A DNA stretch of 64,000 nt from Vulcanimicrobiales bacterium (GCA_038231455.1 JBBRLI010000005.1:1-64000); one strand, 5' to 3'; positions 46,701 through 56,359 are shown, counted from the stretch's first letter. Made by a program: numbers and translations. Notes: generated from the sequence alone by a model not told the origin.

Positions 46701-47907
46701 TAAAGAGCGCGATCCATCCGCCGAGCGCGACGATCGCCGGAACCGGGAAGAGCCACATGCGGTACGGCGCGGGAGCAGCGGTTCGGCGTAAGAGAACGAG
46801 AGCCGCGATTTGGCCGATTCCTTGGATGAGGAAGATGCCGGCGCTAAGCGCGTTGATGACTTGATCCAAGGACAGAAACGCTGCGGCGGGGAGTGCGATC
46901 AGTCCGAGCGTCACGAGCGAGACATCCGGAAATTTTCCGCTTGGATGCAGGTGCGCGAACGGCCGCAGAAAGTTGCCGTCGAGTGCCGCGGCATACGGAA
47001 TGCGGGCCGAACCTAGCAGCAATCCATATGTTGATGCAAACGCCGTGATCAAGATGAGGACCGTTACGATCGCGGCGGGGACCGCGCCCCACGTGCGTTC
47101 GATAACGAGTGAGGCGACCGACTGCGATTTTGCGACAAGGTCGGCGGGGACGGCGCTGAAGACACCGAGATTGAGCAGCACGTAGAGCGTCGCGACGAGG
47201 GCAACCGAGAGCACGATCGTGCGTGGAATCGTGCGCACGGGGTCGCGGACTTCATCGCCGAGCGCGCAGACTTCGTTGTAGCCCGAATAGTCGTAGAGAA
47301 TATAGATGAGCGCCGAACCCAGTGCGAGCCAACCGACGCTCGTGAACGATTGCGGGACGATCGCGGTGATTGCGACCGTCGGGTGTGTCAAACCCGCAAA
47401 GGCGATGAGCGCGATCGTCACGACGGCGACCACGCTTAGGCCGGATGCGACGCGCGCGATCGTCGGGATCGCGCGGTAGAGCAAGAACAGCGTGAGTGCG
47501 CCGAGTCCGACGGCAAGGGCGCGCTGCGCGACCTGATTCGTGCCGAAGATCGGCGCAAGATAGGCCGCATATTGTGCAAAGCCGATGTAGCCCGATGCTA
47601 GCGTTAGTGGCGCCCAGAAAATGAACTGCCACACGAAGAGAAACGCAAACAGCTTTCCGTAACGCGATGCGCCGAAGGCCTCGCGCAAGTACACGTACGT
47701 CCCCCCGCTGCCGGGAAAGCGCGATGCGAGTTCGGCGTACACAAGCCCATCGCAGATCGCGATGAGCGCGCCAATCACCCACGCGGCGACCGAGACCGAT
47801 CCGTGCAGCGCAACGACGACGAGGGGGATCGTTATGAGCGGCCCCGCGCCAATCATCGTAATGATGTTGACGGCGAGTGCGCTGCGCGCTCCGAGACCGC
47901 GTATCAC
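43729..47907 (-). CDS. APC-family permease fused to a GH35/GH42-like glycoside hydrolase (1392 aa)
   Basis: N-terminal IGAGP, YAELASRFPGSGG.YVYL, DYSGY and E..DP.RTIP; then YVPWNWHE, RPGPVIRNEWRNGGYP and EFQAGW; one uninterrupted frame. Confidence 0.85.
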   Translation of the reverse strand: MIRGLGARSALAVNIITMIGAGPLITIPLVVVALHGSVSVAAWVIGALIAICDGLVYAELASRFPGSGGTYVYLREAFGASRYGKLFAFLFVWQFIFWAPLTLASGYIGFAQYAAYLAPIFGTNQVAQRALAVGLGALTLFLLYRAIPTIARVASGLSVVAVVTIALIAFAGLTHPTVAITAIVPQSFTSVGWLALGSALIYILYDYSGYNEVCALGDEVRDPVRTIPRTIVLSVALVATLYVLLNLGVFSAVPADLVAKSQSVASLVIERTWGAVPAAIVTVLILITAFASTYGLLLGSARIPYAAALDGNFLRPFAHLHPSGKFPDVSLVTLGLIALPAAAFLSLDQVINALSAGIFLIQGIGQIAALVLLRRTAAPAPYRMWLFPVPAIVALGGWIALFTQTTAWGMTFGVLTLFVGGVVFFIRAKRMRSWPFALIASLAFLLTAYQPADAAEFTHSANVERRGTSTLLVDGRPFFVYGAAFFYDRLPRSSWAASLDALATLGINTIDLYVPWNWHELSDNDFDFDGRTSPRRDLGELIALLKVRNFKIIVRPGPVIRNEWRNGGYPAWLLARPEYGMPIHDILEGRYPSTATLQNANSDDAAAAWLQNATHVRYSERWIGMALRQFVPIADKVIAVALDDDQGAYIDNQTWPAPHLRTYLDTLASDVRSIVGPQLPLFINTYEMKVTASSPVWAMGNWYQSDAFSIGEHDRGALEFSTGLLQTRPHQAVAMSEFQAGWLQQPESTRPRPADPSNTTLALHSLLGFGAHGVVNFPAQDSIAPAGWEAPFSNMLYDWDAALGIDPTVHHARYAPMRSFADLIDVYGGLLASTHRDADVGIAYLTSAFDERALSHSAIFTIAARTQDAQRACRNAGLVCDLIDLRFGDETTLERYRHIVVPSIPGAGHVLTQVRLKLTALQARGVKIVGAIAEIGELKDRAVTGAAGANVLHDDRSRATFVDIPNYDVNPIAIKELAFRRVDGTRERVGPLDIPARDSLVIAADVPLHSLSESFSAADRLILTTCHPRRIGSNVEFGSPGECFVRLEIGGHRLEFNVRTPQVLMVASSGADLRDSSLKTIDRAAPSRLLQTLIVRDDVRIPVVYPQQAKPGEAIAFKADLLEDGAPLVVLENERVRVVVSPNAGARGFVFESLATGRSAFTPIGAMRDDVLVQPPPSQADKIAKYTHSFPAGFFNRKYAAAVIESGPRAVVRFAYNPPDVLPNGEHIERTLTLEPGATSFSVDEQVTFGDDPGASSQRAVIISSLGLFGAPDDLRAIGRDVRDFTASTQTLDRDAVGMYNQVTHDVIALSWPHGDIEKAEATIGDGSLVVKLRLAAGARRHMVYRLDTAESLDAARAIVASPQGRRVGSANLPESGKWRNGIRSRLKSDRV

Positions 47908-47957
47908 CCTCGCTCTTTATCGAGGCGAATCGAACGGCCCTGGAAAAAACGGTTGCG

Positions 47958-49022
47958 ATGAACGACCTCTCGCGCCTCCTGAAACTCCAAGGCCGGCTGA
48001 CCATCGATACCGTCCTCAGCGCGGCGCTTGCGGGGAATCCGCTCGGCGATCCCGCAGAGCGGCCGCTCGCCGTCTACACGCCGCCGGGGTACGATCCCGA
48101 GGGCTCGACGCGCTATCCCGTCCTCTACTGTTTGCACGGCTACACAGGCGACGTCGCGGGACTCGTAAGCGGACGCGCGTGGGAGACCAACGTCGTGCAG
48201 TGGGTCGACCGGCTGATCGCGATCGGGAAGATGCCGCCCGTGTTGCTTGCAATCGTCGACGGTTTCACGCGCCTCGGTGGTTCGCAGTACGTCGATTCCG
48301 TTCACAACGGGAACTACGCGACCTATACGATCGCTGAGGTCATTCCGCAAGTCGATCGCACCTATCGGACGATTCCTCAAGCCGGTGGCCGTGCCGTCTT
48401 CGGAAAATCATCGGGCGGTTTCGGCGCGCTGCATCTTTCGCTTGCGTTTCCCGGGACGTTCGCCGCGCTCGCATCCCACAGCGGCGACCTCTATTTCGGG
48501 TACGCTCATCTGCCATCGTTTCCGACGGCGCAGCGAACGCTCGAAACGTTCTACGCCATTTTGGCGGCCGATCCGAGTGCGGAGCATAACCCGATTGCGG
48601 AGTTCGTCGCCGTGTTTGAGGGGATGTCGAAGCGGCCGCAAGCGTACTATCAGACGATCGAGATGCTCGGCTATGGTGCGGCGTATTCACCGGCCGGAGC
48701 GACAGCCTTCGATATCGATTTGCCATGGGATCGCAAGACGGGCGAGTTGCGTGCGGATGTCTTTGCGCGCTGGCTTTCATTCGATCCATGCGAGCGCGTG
48801 ACGTCGAGTCTCCCGGCCCTCCAAGCGATGCGCTTACGCTACATCGATTGCGGCAGGCGCGATGAATACGGACTCGATATCGGCGCGCGCATCCTGGTCT
48901 CACGTATGCGCGAGGCGGGCCTGGAGGTCCAACACGAAGAGTTCGATGACGACCACCGCAACGTGGGCTATCGCTACTCCGTCTCGCTTCCGCTGCTCGC
49001 CTCGGTCTTGGATCGAGAATAG
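47958..49022 (+). CDS. Putative esterase (Fes/alpha-beta hydrolase family)
   Basis: VYTPPGY, YPVLYCLHG, GKSSGG and DCG..DE; C-terminal H. Confidence 0.85.
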   Translation: MNDLSRLLKLQGRLTIDTVLSAALAGNPLGDPAERPLAVYTPPGYDPEGSTRYPVLYCLHGYTGDVAGLVSGRAWETNVVQWVDRLIAIGKMPPVLLAIVDGFTRLGGSQYVDSVHNGNYATYTIAEVIPQVDRTYRTIPQAGGRAVFGKSSGGFGALHLSLAFPGTFAALASHSGDLYFGYAHLPSFPTAQRTLETFYAILAADPSAEHNPIAEFVAVFEGMSKRPQAYYQTIEMLGYGAAYSPAGATAFDIDLPWDRKTGELRADVFARWLSFDPCERVTSSLPALQAMRLRYIDCGRRDEYGLDIGARILVSRMREAGLEVQHEEFDDDHRNVGYRYSVSLPLLASVLDRE

Positions 49023-49024
49023 CC

Positions 49025-49570
49025 GTGGCATCAGCGATCCTTGCCGCTCTCTATGCGGGCGACCGTGCCGAAGCGTATCGCTTAGCTCGCGCGATTCCGC
49101 TGCTCGATGTGTTTGAGGCTGCCGCGCTTGGTGATGCCGATGCGCTCGCGGAGCGACTCGAGGAAGATCCAACGGCGGTCGATGCGATCGCGCCCGACGG
49201 TTTCACGCCGCTCCATCTGTCCGCGTACTTCGGCGGACTAAGCGCTGCGCGGTACCTGATCGCACACGGAGCGACAATCGACGCGCTCTCCCAGAATGCC
49301 ATGAGCGTCACGCCGCTCCATAGTGCTGTCTCAGCCCATCAAGCGACGATCGTCTCGTTGTTGCTCGCGAACGGCGCCAACCCCAACGTCCCGCAACGCG
49401 GCGGCATCGTCCCGCTCCATCAAGCCGCGCACAACGGGGACGATGACTCAATCGAAGCTTTGCTGGTCGCGGGTGCCAACCGTGATGTTCGCTCCGACGA
49501 CGGGCGGCTTCCGATCGATTACGCCTCGCCGGACAAGCGCGCGCTCTACGAACCGCTACTCCGTTTTTAA
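49025..49570 (+). CDS. Ankyrin repeat protein
   Basis: GFTPLHLSA, TPLHSAV and PLHQAA repeats. Confidence 0.9.
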   Translation: MASAILAALYAGDRAEAYRLARAIPLLDVFEAAALGDADALAERLEEDPTAVDAIAPDGFTPLHLSAYFGGLSAARYLIAHGATIDALSQNAMSVTPLHSAVSAHQATIVSLLLANGANPNVPQRGGIVPLHQAAHNGDDDSIEALLVAGANRDVRSDDGRLPIDYASPDKRALYEPLLRF

Positions 49571-49980
49571 GCCGTCACCGGTGCGGAGACCGCGGTGCAG
49601 AATTTGCAGCGCGTGGCGGCGGCCGGGATATCGCTCATGCACTCCGGGCATTCGCGCATCGCCGGCGCTTCGTCGGCCGGCTTTTTGAATCGAGCCGTGA
49701 CGGCGTTCATCGGCGATATGACGAAGAAATAAATCGCGAAGGCGACGAGCAAAAACGCGATGATGGCGTTGATGAAATCGCCGACCGCAAATTTGCTGTT
49801 GTTGATCGTAAAGGCCAGCGCTGCAAAATCCGGCTTGCCGACGATCGCGGCGATGAGCGGCGTGATGAGGTCTTTCACAAACGCCGTAACGACCGCGCCG
49901 AATGCGGCTCCAATGACCACCGCCACCGCTAGGTCGATGACGTTTCCGCGCATGATGAACGATCCAAAGCCTTTGATCAT
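49567..49980 (-). CDS. mscL: Large-conductance mechanosensitive channel with a C-terminal zinc ribbon
   Basis: F..F.MRGNVIDLAVAVVIGAAF; GDFINAII.F; CPEC...CKFC. Confidence 0.92.
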   Translation of the reverse strand: MIKGFGSFIMRGNVIDLAVAVVIGAAFGAVVTAFVKDLITPLIAAIVGKPDFAALAFTINNSKFAVGDFINAIIAFLLVAFAIYFFVISPMNAVTARFKKPADEAPAMRECPECMSDIPAAATRCKFCTAVSAPVTA

Positions 49981-50003
49981 GCGCGGCTCATTCGCGGGGT
50001 ACG

Positions 50004-50035
50004 AAAAAGCCCCTGGCGTTTTCGCGCCGGAGGCC
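50004..50035 (-). terminator. Terminator after pfpI
   Basis: Minus-strand hairpin GCCTCCGGCG...CGCCAGGGGC followed by TTTTT. Confidence 0.55.
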
Positions 50036-50054
50036 TGATGCTGTGATGCAGGGC

Positions 50055-50618
50055 TTAACGGCCAGGCGTGCTCCCCGCAAGCGTCTGAGCGATGAGGCCG
50101 ATCAAGGCTTTGTTGAATTCCGGAATGTCGTCCGGCTGACGGCTGGTCACAAGGTTGCGGTCGACCACGACGGCCTGATCGCTCCACTGCGCGCCGGCGT
50201 TTTTCAGATCGTCTTGGATCGTCGAGTAACTCGTGAGGTGACGACCTTCAGCAACTCCCGATGACACGAGCAGCCACGGTGCATGGCAAATCGCGCCGAT
50301 TGGTTTTTGCGCAGCGTCGAATGACTTCACGAATGCTTGGGCCTGCGGAAGCATGCGAATCGCATCGGCATTCAGGCCGCCGCCCGGGAGCAAAAGCGCG
50401 TCGTACGATTCGGGTTTGACCTCATCGAACGTCTTATCCGGTGTCACGGTGATTGAGGGCTTTATATGCTGAAAGGCCTGCAGCGGCTCGCGCTTCTCGG
50501 AAATGATGTCGACGACGGCACCCGCATTCCGAAGACCCTTGACCGTATCGACGAGTTCGGCTTCTTCGAACCCGTCGCAAACGAGGGCAGCAACATGTTT
50601 TCCATTGAGATTTTGCAT
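50055..50618 (-). CDS. DJ-1/PfpI family protein
   Basis: DGFEEAEL, YDALLLPGG, AICHAPW and LVTSRQPDD. Confidence 0.92.
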   Translation of the reverse strand: MQNLNGKHVAALVCDGFEEAELVDTVKGLRNAGAVVDIISEKREPLQAFQHIKPSITVTPDKTFDEVKPESYDALLLPGGGLNADAIRMLPQAQAFVKSFDAAQKPIGAICHAPWLLVSSGVAEGRHLTSYSTIQDDLKNAGAQWSDQAVVVDRNLVTSRQPDDIPEFNKALIGLIAQTLAGSTPGR

Positions 50619-50690
50619 GGATCTTTCATACCCGAGCGCGGATGCGATACACGTAGCGTCAGCTTGCATAGAGGCCGAATAGCCATCGTT

Positions 50691-51936
50691 TCAACGCGAC
50701 GCTGACGTGCACGCTCCGTCGCGTGGGCGAAAGGCGCACGCATTCTTTTTTGGCACGCCCTTTGCGATCATCTCATCAACGATAAGGTAGCCGCCGGTGC
50801 CGCCAATCCAGCTCCAGTTCTCGCCGCGTTTGCGAAAGAGCGAAACCCCGCCTCCGGCGCCGCTCCACGTCCCGAGTGCGTACAAACCCGAAACGAGCAC
50901 TTCGGGCGTGAGGGGACCCTGCATTAAACTCCGAACGCGCTCGACATCGGCGTCGTCCCCCCTGTCCGCGCTCTTAGCGCATGCTCCATCGTGTTCTTCG
51001 GGCAGGGGCATTCCGTGAAGCAGCGTTCGTTCTGCGTCACGACCGATGTCAAATTCGCGAAGATCGCAACGGTTTGAAACGCTCGCGATGGCTTGCCATC
51101 CGAATCCAAATTGCTTGACCAAAAGCGGATCGCTCGCCGGTTGCCCCTCGAGCGTGCCACCCTCCGTTAAGACGAGCGCATAGCGGGCCATGCGATTGAT
51201 GCGAACGATGCGGGTCGGCGCATTTCCGGCGGCGCGTACCGCTGCACCACCTGCCGTCGATGAATATGCCGGCCCGTCGGCTCGTGTGGACGGCCTTACA
51301 GGCAACGTCGCTTGGATCGAGTCGACACGCCGTGGTAAACGGAACGCCGTAACCCCGCATGACCGGCACGCCGAGAACACCGCCGCCGTTTGCAATCTGC
51401 AGCCACGTACCCGATCGGTTTACAAAGAGCGAGCCGCCTCCACCGGGACCCCACCACTCGCCCAGCGCGAAATTTCCCGAAACGCCGACGTACGGTATGA
51501 ACGCACCGTGCATGCGTTCGCGGACGCTTTCAACGTCGGCACGCGGACCAACATCGTGGATCCACGCGCACCCCTCGACCGCGTGCGACGGCTTGGGCAT
51601 CGAGGCGCGAAGGCGCGCTTCTTGACTTGCCACAAGGCCGATGCTCCGAACAACGCAGTCGTCTTCAACGAGCCCGAGCGCTTGCCACCCAAACGAGAAA
51701 CGTTTGACGAGCACGGGAAATTTAACCGACTCGTTTTCGATGACGCCGCCATCGGTCAAGACCAGAGCAAAACGACCGACTTCGTTCAGGCGGACGGCAT
51801 GTTTCGCAGGCGGATTGTTGACCGCGATATTCGCCGCCCCAACCGCGCTCGAGCCGTAGGCACGATACGTCTCTGCACTATCGGCCCGCGCAGTGAGCAA
51901 CGCGCTCACAAGGGCAAGTGCACCCAACACTCTCAT
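50691..51936 (-). pseudogene. Two tandem paralogous secreted domains joined out of frame near 51280
   Basis: Both frames share R.ALVLT.GG..E, P.LVK.F.FGWQA, ADVE.VR..M.G and ALG.W.G.GGG; the first has no stop at its domain end and the second has no start or signal. Confidence 0.6.
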
Positions 51937-51971
51937 GGCATTCAGATACGAAGCGGGGAGGTGAATGCCTT

Positions 51972-52562
51972 TTAGGTTTGACCTAATTTGTAGCGCAGTC
52001 CGGCACGTAGGGCCGGCCATTCGGCAGCCGCGATGCTATAGACGTAGGTGTCGCGGAGTGTGCCGTTGCGATGGTGCCCGTGGCTACGCAGGATGCCGTC
52101 GAGGCGTGCGCCGAGGCGTTCGATTGCCGCTCGGCTCGCTCGATTAAATGACGAGGTGCGAAACTCGACGGCGATGCAGTCGAGTGTTTCAAACGCGTGT
52201 GTAAGTAGAAGCAGCTTTGCCTCGGTGTTTGCTCCCGTGCGCTGCAGGCGCTTCCGGTAGAACGTGTATCCGATTTCGAGCCGTCGGTTCGCCTCGTCGA
52301 TATTGCAATACGTCGTCATGCCGACGGCGCGACCCGTTGCGCGTTCCACGATCGCAAATGGCACCATCGATCCGGCCGCTTGCAATTGCTGACGTCGCTC
52401 GATTTCTGCCGCCATGCCCTCGGGTTCGGGAACGCTCGTGTACCATAGGTCCCACAACTTCCCGTCGCGCACCGCGTCGACGAGATCGTCGTGATGGGCA
52501 GTCGAGATCGGTTCGAGAACGACGATCTCGCCTTCGAGCGTGACGGGTTTGACCCACCCCAC
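51972..52562 (-). CDS. RimJ/RimL-like GNAT acetyltransferase
   Basis: LEIGYT, NTEAKLLLL.HAFE and N..S..AIERLGA..DG.LR. Confidence 0.9.
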   Translation of the reverse strand: MGWVKPVTLEGEIVVLEPISTAHHDDLVDAVRDGKLWDLWYTSVPEPEGMAAEIERRQQLQAAGSMVPFAIVERATGRAVGMTTYCNIDEANRRLEIGYTFYRKRLQRTGANTEAKLLLLTHAFETLDCIAVEFRTSSFNRASRAAIERLGARLDGILRSHGHHRNGTLRDTYVYSIAAAEWPALRAGLRYKLGQT

Positions 52563-52568
52563 GCGCGG

Positions 52569-53726
52569 CTAGGTCTTGGCTAAGGAGAGCGTCGTGTCGA
52601 GTGCGTGTGTGAGATCGCCGATCAGATCGTTCACGCCTTCGATGCCGACCGAGAGGCGCAAGAGACCGTCGGTAACGCCACGGCGTTCTCTCTCTTCTTT
52701 GGGAATCGAGCCGTGCGTCATGCGCGCCGGATGGCACAGGAGCGACTCGACGCCGCCGAGGCTTTCGGCGAGGCTGAAGAGCTTGGTGTGCTTGGCGAAT
52801 TCAAGCGCTCGCGATTCCGGTCCGCGCAGCGTGAATGAGACCATGCCCCCGAAGCCGCGCATCTGTTTCTTTGCGAGTTCGTGCTGCGGATGCGAGGCAA
52901 GGCCGGGGTAGAAGACGCGCGCGACATCGTCGCGACCTTCAAGAAAAGCTGCCACGACTTTCGCATTCGATTCGTGCTCGCGCATGCGAATCGCAAGCGT
53001 CTTTGCGCCGCGCATCGTCAGCCACGCGTCCATCGGGCCGGGCACGCCGCCGACGGCGTTCTGGTGGAATTTGATCGATTCGTGCAAGTCTTTGTCGTTT
53101 GTTAGGGCCGCGCCGCCAACGACGTCGCTATGACCGCCGATGTACTTGGTCGTCGAGTGAACGACGACATCGGCGCCGAGCGCGAGTGGCGACTGGAAAT
53201 ACGGCGATGCAAACGTGTTGTCGACGATCACCGTTTGGCCCGCGGTTTTCATTTGCGCGATTGCCGCGATGTCGACGAGCTTCAGCAGCGGATTGGTCGG
53301 CGTTTCGATCCAGAACATCTTGGTGTTCGGTTTGATCGCGGCGCGCACGGCCGCAAGATCGCTCATGTCGACATAGGTGAACTCGAGACCGTAGCGCGTG
53401 AGCACCTTGGTGAAGAGCCGATACGTGCCGCCGTAGAGATCGTCGGTCACGATCGCGTGGTCGCCGGCTGAGAGCAGGTTGAGCACCGCAGACGTTGCTG
53501 CCATGCCGGAGGAGAAGGCGCTGCCATATTCGGCTTCTTCGAGCGAGGCGAGTTGCTGCTCGAGCGCGACGCGCGTCGGATTCACCGTGCGGCTGTAATC
53601 GAAGCCTTTATGTTCGCCGACCGACGTTTGCGTGTAGGTCGAGGTCTGGTACACCGGGACGATCGTTGCGCCCGTGGTGGGGTCCGCTTCTTGTCCGACG
53701 TGAATGGCGCGCGTGCTAAAATCCAT
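52569..53726 (-). CDS. Cystathionine gamma-lyase/synthase
   Basis: YSRTVNPT, ETPTNP, DNTFA, HSTTKYIGGHSD (PLP Lys) and AESLGGVES. Confidence 0.93.
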   Translation of the reverse strand: MDFSTRAIHVGQEADPTTGATIVPVYQTSTYTQTSVGEHKGFDYSRTVNPTRVALEQQLASLEEAEYGSAFSSGMAATSAVLNLLSAGDHAIVTDDLYGGTYRLFTKVLTRYGLEFTYVDMSDLAAVRAAIKPNTKMFWIETPTNPLLKLVDIAAIAQMKTAGQTVIVDNTFASPYFQSPLALGADVVVHSTTKYIGGHSDVVGGAALTNDKDLHESIKFHQNAVGGVPGPMDAWLTMRGAKTLAIRMREHESNAKVVAAFLEGRDDVARVFYPGLASHPQHELAKKQMRGFGGMVSFTLRGPESRALEFAKHTKLFSLAESLGGVESLLCHPARMTHGSIPKEERERRGVTDGLLRLSVGIEGVNDLIGDLTHALDTTLSLAKT

Positions 53727-53758
53727 GGATTGCCCTTCCGGATGGTCTTCGGCGGTGC

Positions 53759-54514
53759 CTATCGCACGCCGTCTTGTGGCCAGAACCCGTAAATCGCGCG
53801 GCCGGGTTCCAAGTCCCAAAAGCGCGTTGCGTTGTCGCCGACGCCGTACACGGTTGCGAACGGCACGTCATGCGCGAGAATCGCACCGACCAAGCGCGCG
53901 AAGTCGTTCTGCGACATCCACGTCGCGGCGTAGCGTTTGAATTTTTGCTCGTCGGTGAGGTTCAGCCAGCCCGAGGACCTACGCACGCTCTCGTGTTTCG
54001 GATCGTCCTCTTTGGTGATCGAACCGATCCGAACGCAGGCCACGCGCAGGCCGTACTTATCGCTGTAGAAACGACCGAGCGTTTCGCCGAACGCCTTCCA
54101 CACGCCATAAAGCCCGTCGGGCCGATAGGGATCGTCGATGCCAACGAGCATGCCGGATGAGGGTTCGTAGATCGCCGGTTTCTCGTCGACTTCGTACATG
54201 CCTACGGCATGATTGGAGCTTGCAAAGATGACGTGTTTTGCACCGACGCGACGCGCCGCTTCGAAGGCGTTGTACGTGCCTAAAATATTCGGTCCGTACG
54301 TGTCGTCCCACGACGTTTCCACCTCCACTTTGCCGGCGAGGTGGATAACCGCATCGCAGCCCGCGAAAGCGGCTTCGAGTGCGGCGAGATCTTGTACGTC
54401 CGCGATGATATCGGCATCGTGCAGATCGATGCGCACGACGGGGTGGCTCGTCGCAAGGTGCGTGGCAAGGCGCGAGCCGATCGTTCCCGCGGCCCCGGTG
54501 ATGGCGATCTTCAC
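53759..54514 (-). CDS. NAD-dependent epimerase/dehydratase (uronate dehydrogenase-like SDR)
   Basis: TGAAGTIG, FASSNHAVG and PDGLYGVWK (YxxxK). Confidence 0.82.
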   Translation of the reverse strand: MKIAITGAAGTIGSRLATHLATSHPVVRIDLHDADIIADVQDLAALEAAFAGCDAVIHLAGKVEVETSWDDTYGPNILGTYNAFEAARRVGAKHVIFASSNHAVGMYEVDEKPAIYEPSSGMLVGIDDPYRPDGLYGVWKAFGETLGRFYSDKYGLRVACVRIGSITKEDDPKHESVRRSSGWLNLTDEQKFKRYAATWMSQNDFARLVGAILAHDVPFATVYGVGDNATRFWDLEPGRAIYGFWPQDGVR

Positions 54515-54518
54515 GCGC

Positions 54519-55922
54519 TTAGAGCGTCTGGCTTGATGAGGAGAGGAAGCTGATAATATCCTGGCGCGCGAGGACGCCGATCGGCTTGTCGTTTTCGGTG
54601 ACGATAATTGCGGGGTTTGCAAGTGTCAGGAGGCGGTAGGCTTTATCGACATCGTCGTTGACACTGAGCATCGGGAACGGGCGCCCCATCACTTCACTTA
54701 CGGGCTTGTGCAAGAGATCCGAGTGATCGAAGACCGCTTGCATCACCGCCACGTCGTTGACACTGCCGACCACTTTGTCGCCGTCCATAACCGGCAACTG
54801 CGAGATTTCATACTTACGCAGCAGGTCGAGCGCTTCGCGCACGACGGCGCTTGGGCCGACGGTGATGAGCTGCGTGAGACCGACCTTCGAGCGCAGCACG
54901 TCACCAACGGTGTCTTTGCGCTTCTCATCCTCGATGAAGCCGTTGGCTTTCATCCACTCATCGTTGAAAATTTTGGACATGTAGCCGCGGCCGGAGTCCG
55001 GCATCATTACGACGAGTACGGCTTCTTTGGGCAGCGTCTTTGCGACGCGCACGGCGGCAGCGACGGCGGTGCCGGACGAACCGCCCACGAGTAAGCCTTC
55101 TTCGCGTGTCACGCGGCGCGCCATAAGAAACGACTCTTTATCGCCGATACGGATCGTTTGATCGATCACACGCATGTCGACCGTCACCGGCAGATACGAC
55201 ATACCGATGCCCTCGACTTTGTACGACTTGGGCGTATCGCCCGAATAGATGCTGCCTTCCGGATCGGCACCGACGACGACGATCTTCGGATTCATCTCTT
55301 TGAGGTAGCGCGCGGTGCCGGAGATCGTGCCGCCGGTTCCCATGCCGCTCACGAAGTGCGTGATCTTGCCGCCGGTCTGCTCCCAGATCTCGGGGCCGGT
55401 CGAGCGGTAATGGGCATCGGGGTTGTTACGATTGTGCCACTGATCGGGCTGAAAGGCGCCGGGGATGTCGGCGGTGAGACGGTTCGCAACGCTGTAATAT
55501 GATTCGGGTGAGTCGTTGGCTACATTGGTCGGCGTCACCACGACCTCGGCGCCGTATGCGCGCAGCAAGTCGATTTTTTCACTCGACATCTTATCGGGCA
55601 TCACAAGGATGCAGCGGTAACCGCGGATGGCGGCCGCCATCGCAAGGCCCGTGCCGGTGTTGCCGCTGGTTGCCTCGATGATCGTCGCACCTTTTTTGAG
55701 CGAGCCGGAAGCCTCGGCTTCCTCGATCATGGCGACGGCCGGGCGATCCTTGACGCTGCCGCCGGGATTGACGTACTCCACCTTCGCGAGCACCAGACAC
55801 TCCGCACCATCCGTGACCTTATTCAGCCGCACGAGCGGCGTGCGGCCGACGGCCTCGAGCGCGTCGTTGAAGTAGTGCATTTCGCCGCTACCGGCTTTGG
55901 GTATAGGTGTGCTGAGCGCCAT
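54519..55922 (-). CDS. cbs: Cystathionine beta-synthase with a C-terminal CBS pair
   Basis: NPGGSVKDR, TSGNTG, GTGGT, VEGIG and PDSGRGY; CBS domains (ISQLPV). Confidence 0.92.
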   Translation of the reverse strand: MALSTPIPKAGSGEMHYFNDALEAVGRTPLVRLNKVTDGAECLVLAKVEYVNPGGSVKDRPAVAMIEEAEASGSLKKGATIIEATSGNTGTGLAMAAAIRGYRCILVMPDKMSSEKIDLLRAYGAEVVVTPTNVANDSPESYYSVANRLTADIPGAFQPDQWHNRNNPDAHYRSTGPEIWEQTGGKITHFVSGMGTGGTISGTARYLKEMNPKIVVVGADPEGSIYSGDTPKSYKVEGIGMSYLPVTVDMRVIDQTIRIGDKESFLMARRVTREEGLLVGGSSGTAVAAAVRVAKTLPKEAVLVVMMPDSGRGYMSKIFNDEWMKANGFIEDEKRKDTVGDVLRSKVGLTQLITVGPSAVVREALDLLRKYEISQLPVMDGDKVVGSVNDVAVMQAVFDHSDLLHKPVSEVMGRPFPMLSVNDDVDKAYRLLTLANPAIIVTENDKPIGVLARQDIISFLSSSSQTL

Positions 55923-56005
55923 AATGCTTCGCGCTTCCGCAACCGCGGGAGCCCTGCCTGCGTCAAAGTGTTGCTGGACTACGATCCTTTTAGGGGGAAC
56001 TTTTC

Positions 56006-56359
56006 GTGCCGACCGACTTCCGTAGCGGTTCTGTTTTTCCACGACGCGGTCGCGAATCGATCGAAGGTTTTTTATGGCTCGCCCGACTCTTTGACAAAGC
56101 GCGAGCAGCGCGCGACGAGACGATATTTGACTATATTTATCCCTGTCCGATGGACCGTGGCGTCATGGATCGCTGGGGCATTACCGACCGCGTGTTCAAC
56201 GCCGCGATCGAAGACATGCATACAGACGAAGAAATCGTCGCCTGGCTCAAAGCGCGCGTTCCAAGCAAGAACCGCGATGAGGCGAATCGCTGGTTGCTCG
56301 AAGAGAAGATCGGCAACCTTGAGAAGCAAGACAAAGAAGAGGGCGTGGTTCCGGCCTAA
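56006..56359 (+). CDS. DUF5069-like hypothetical protein
   Basis: WLARLFDKARA...Y.YPCPMD pattern. Confidence 0.65.
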   Translation: MPTDFRSGSVFPRRGRESIEGFLWLARLFDKARAARDETIFDYIYPCPMDRGVMDRWGITDRVFNAAIEDMHTDEEIVAWLKARVPSKNRDEANRWLLEEKIGNLEKQDKEEGVVPA

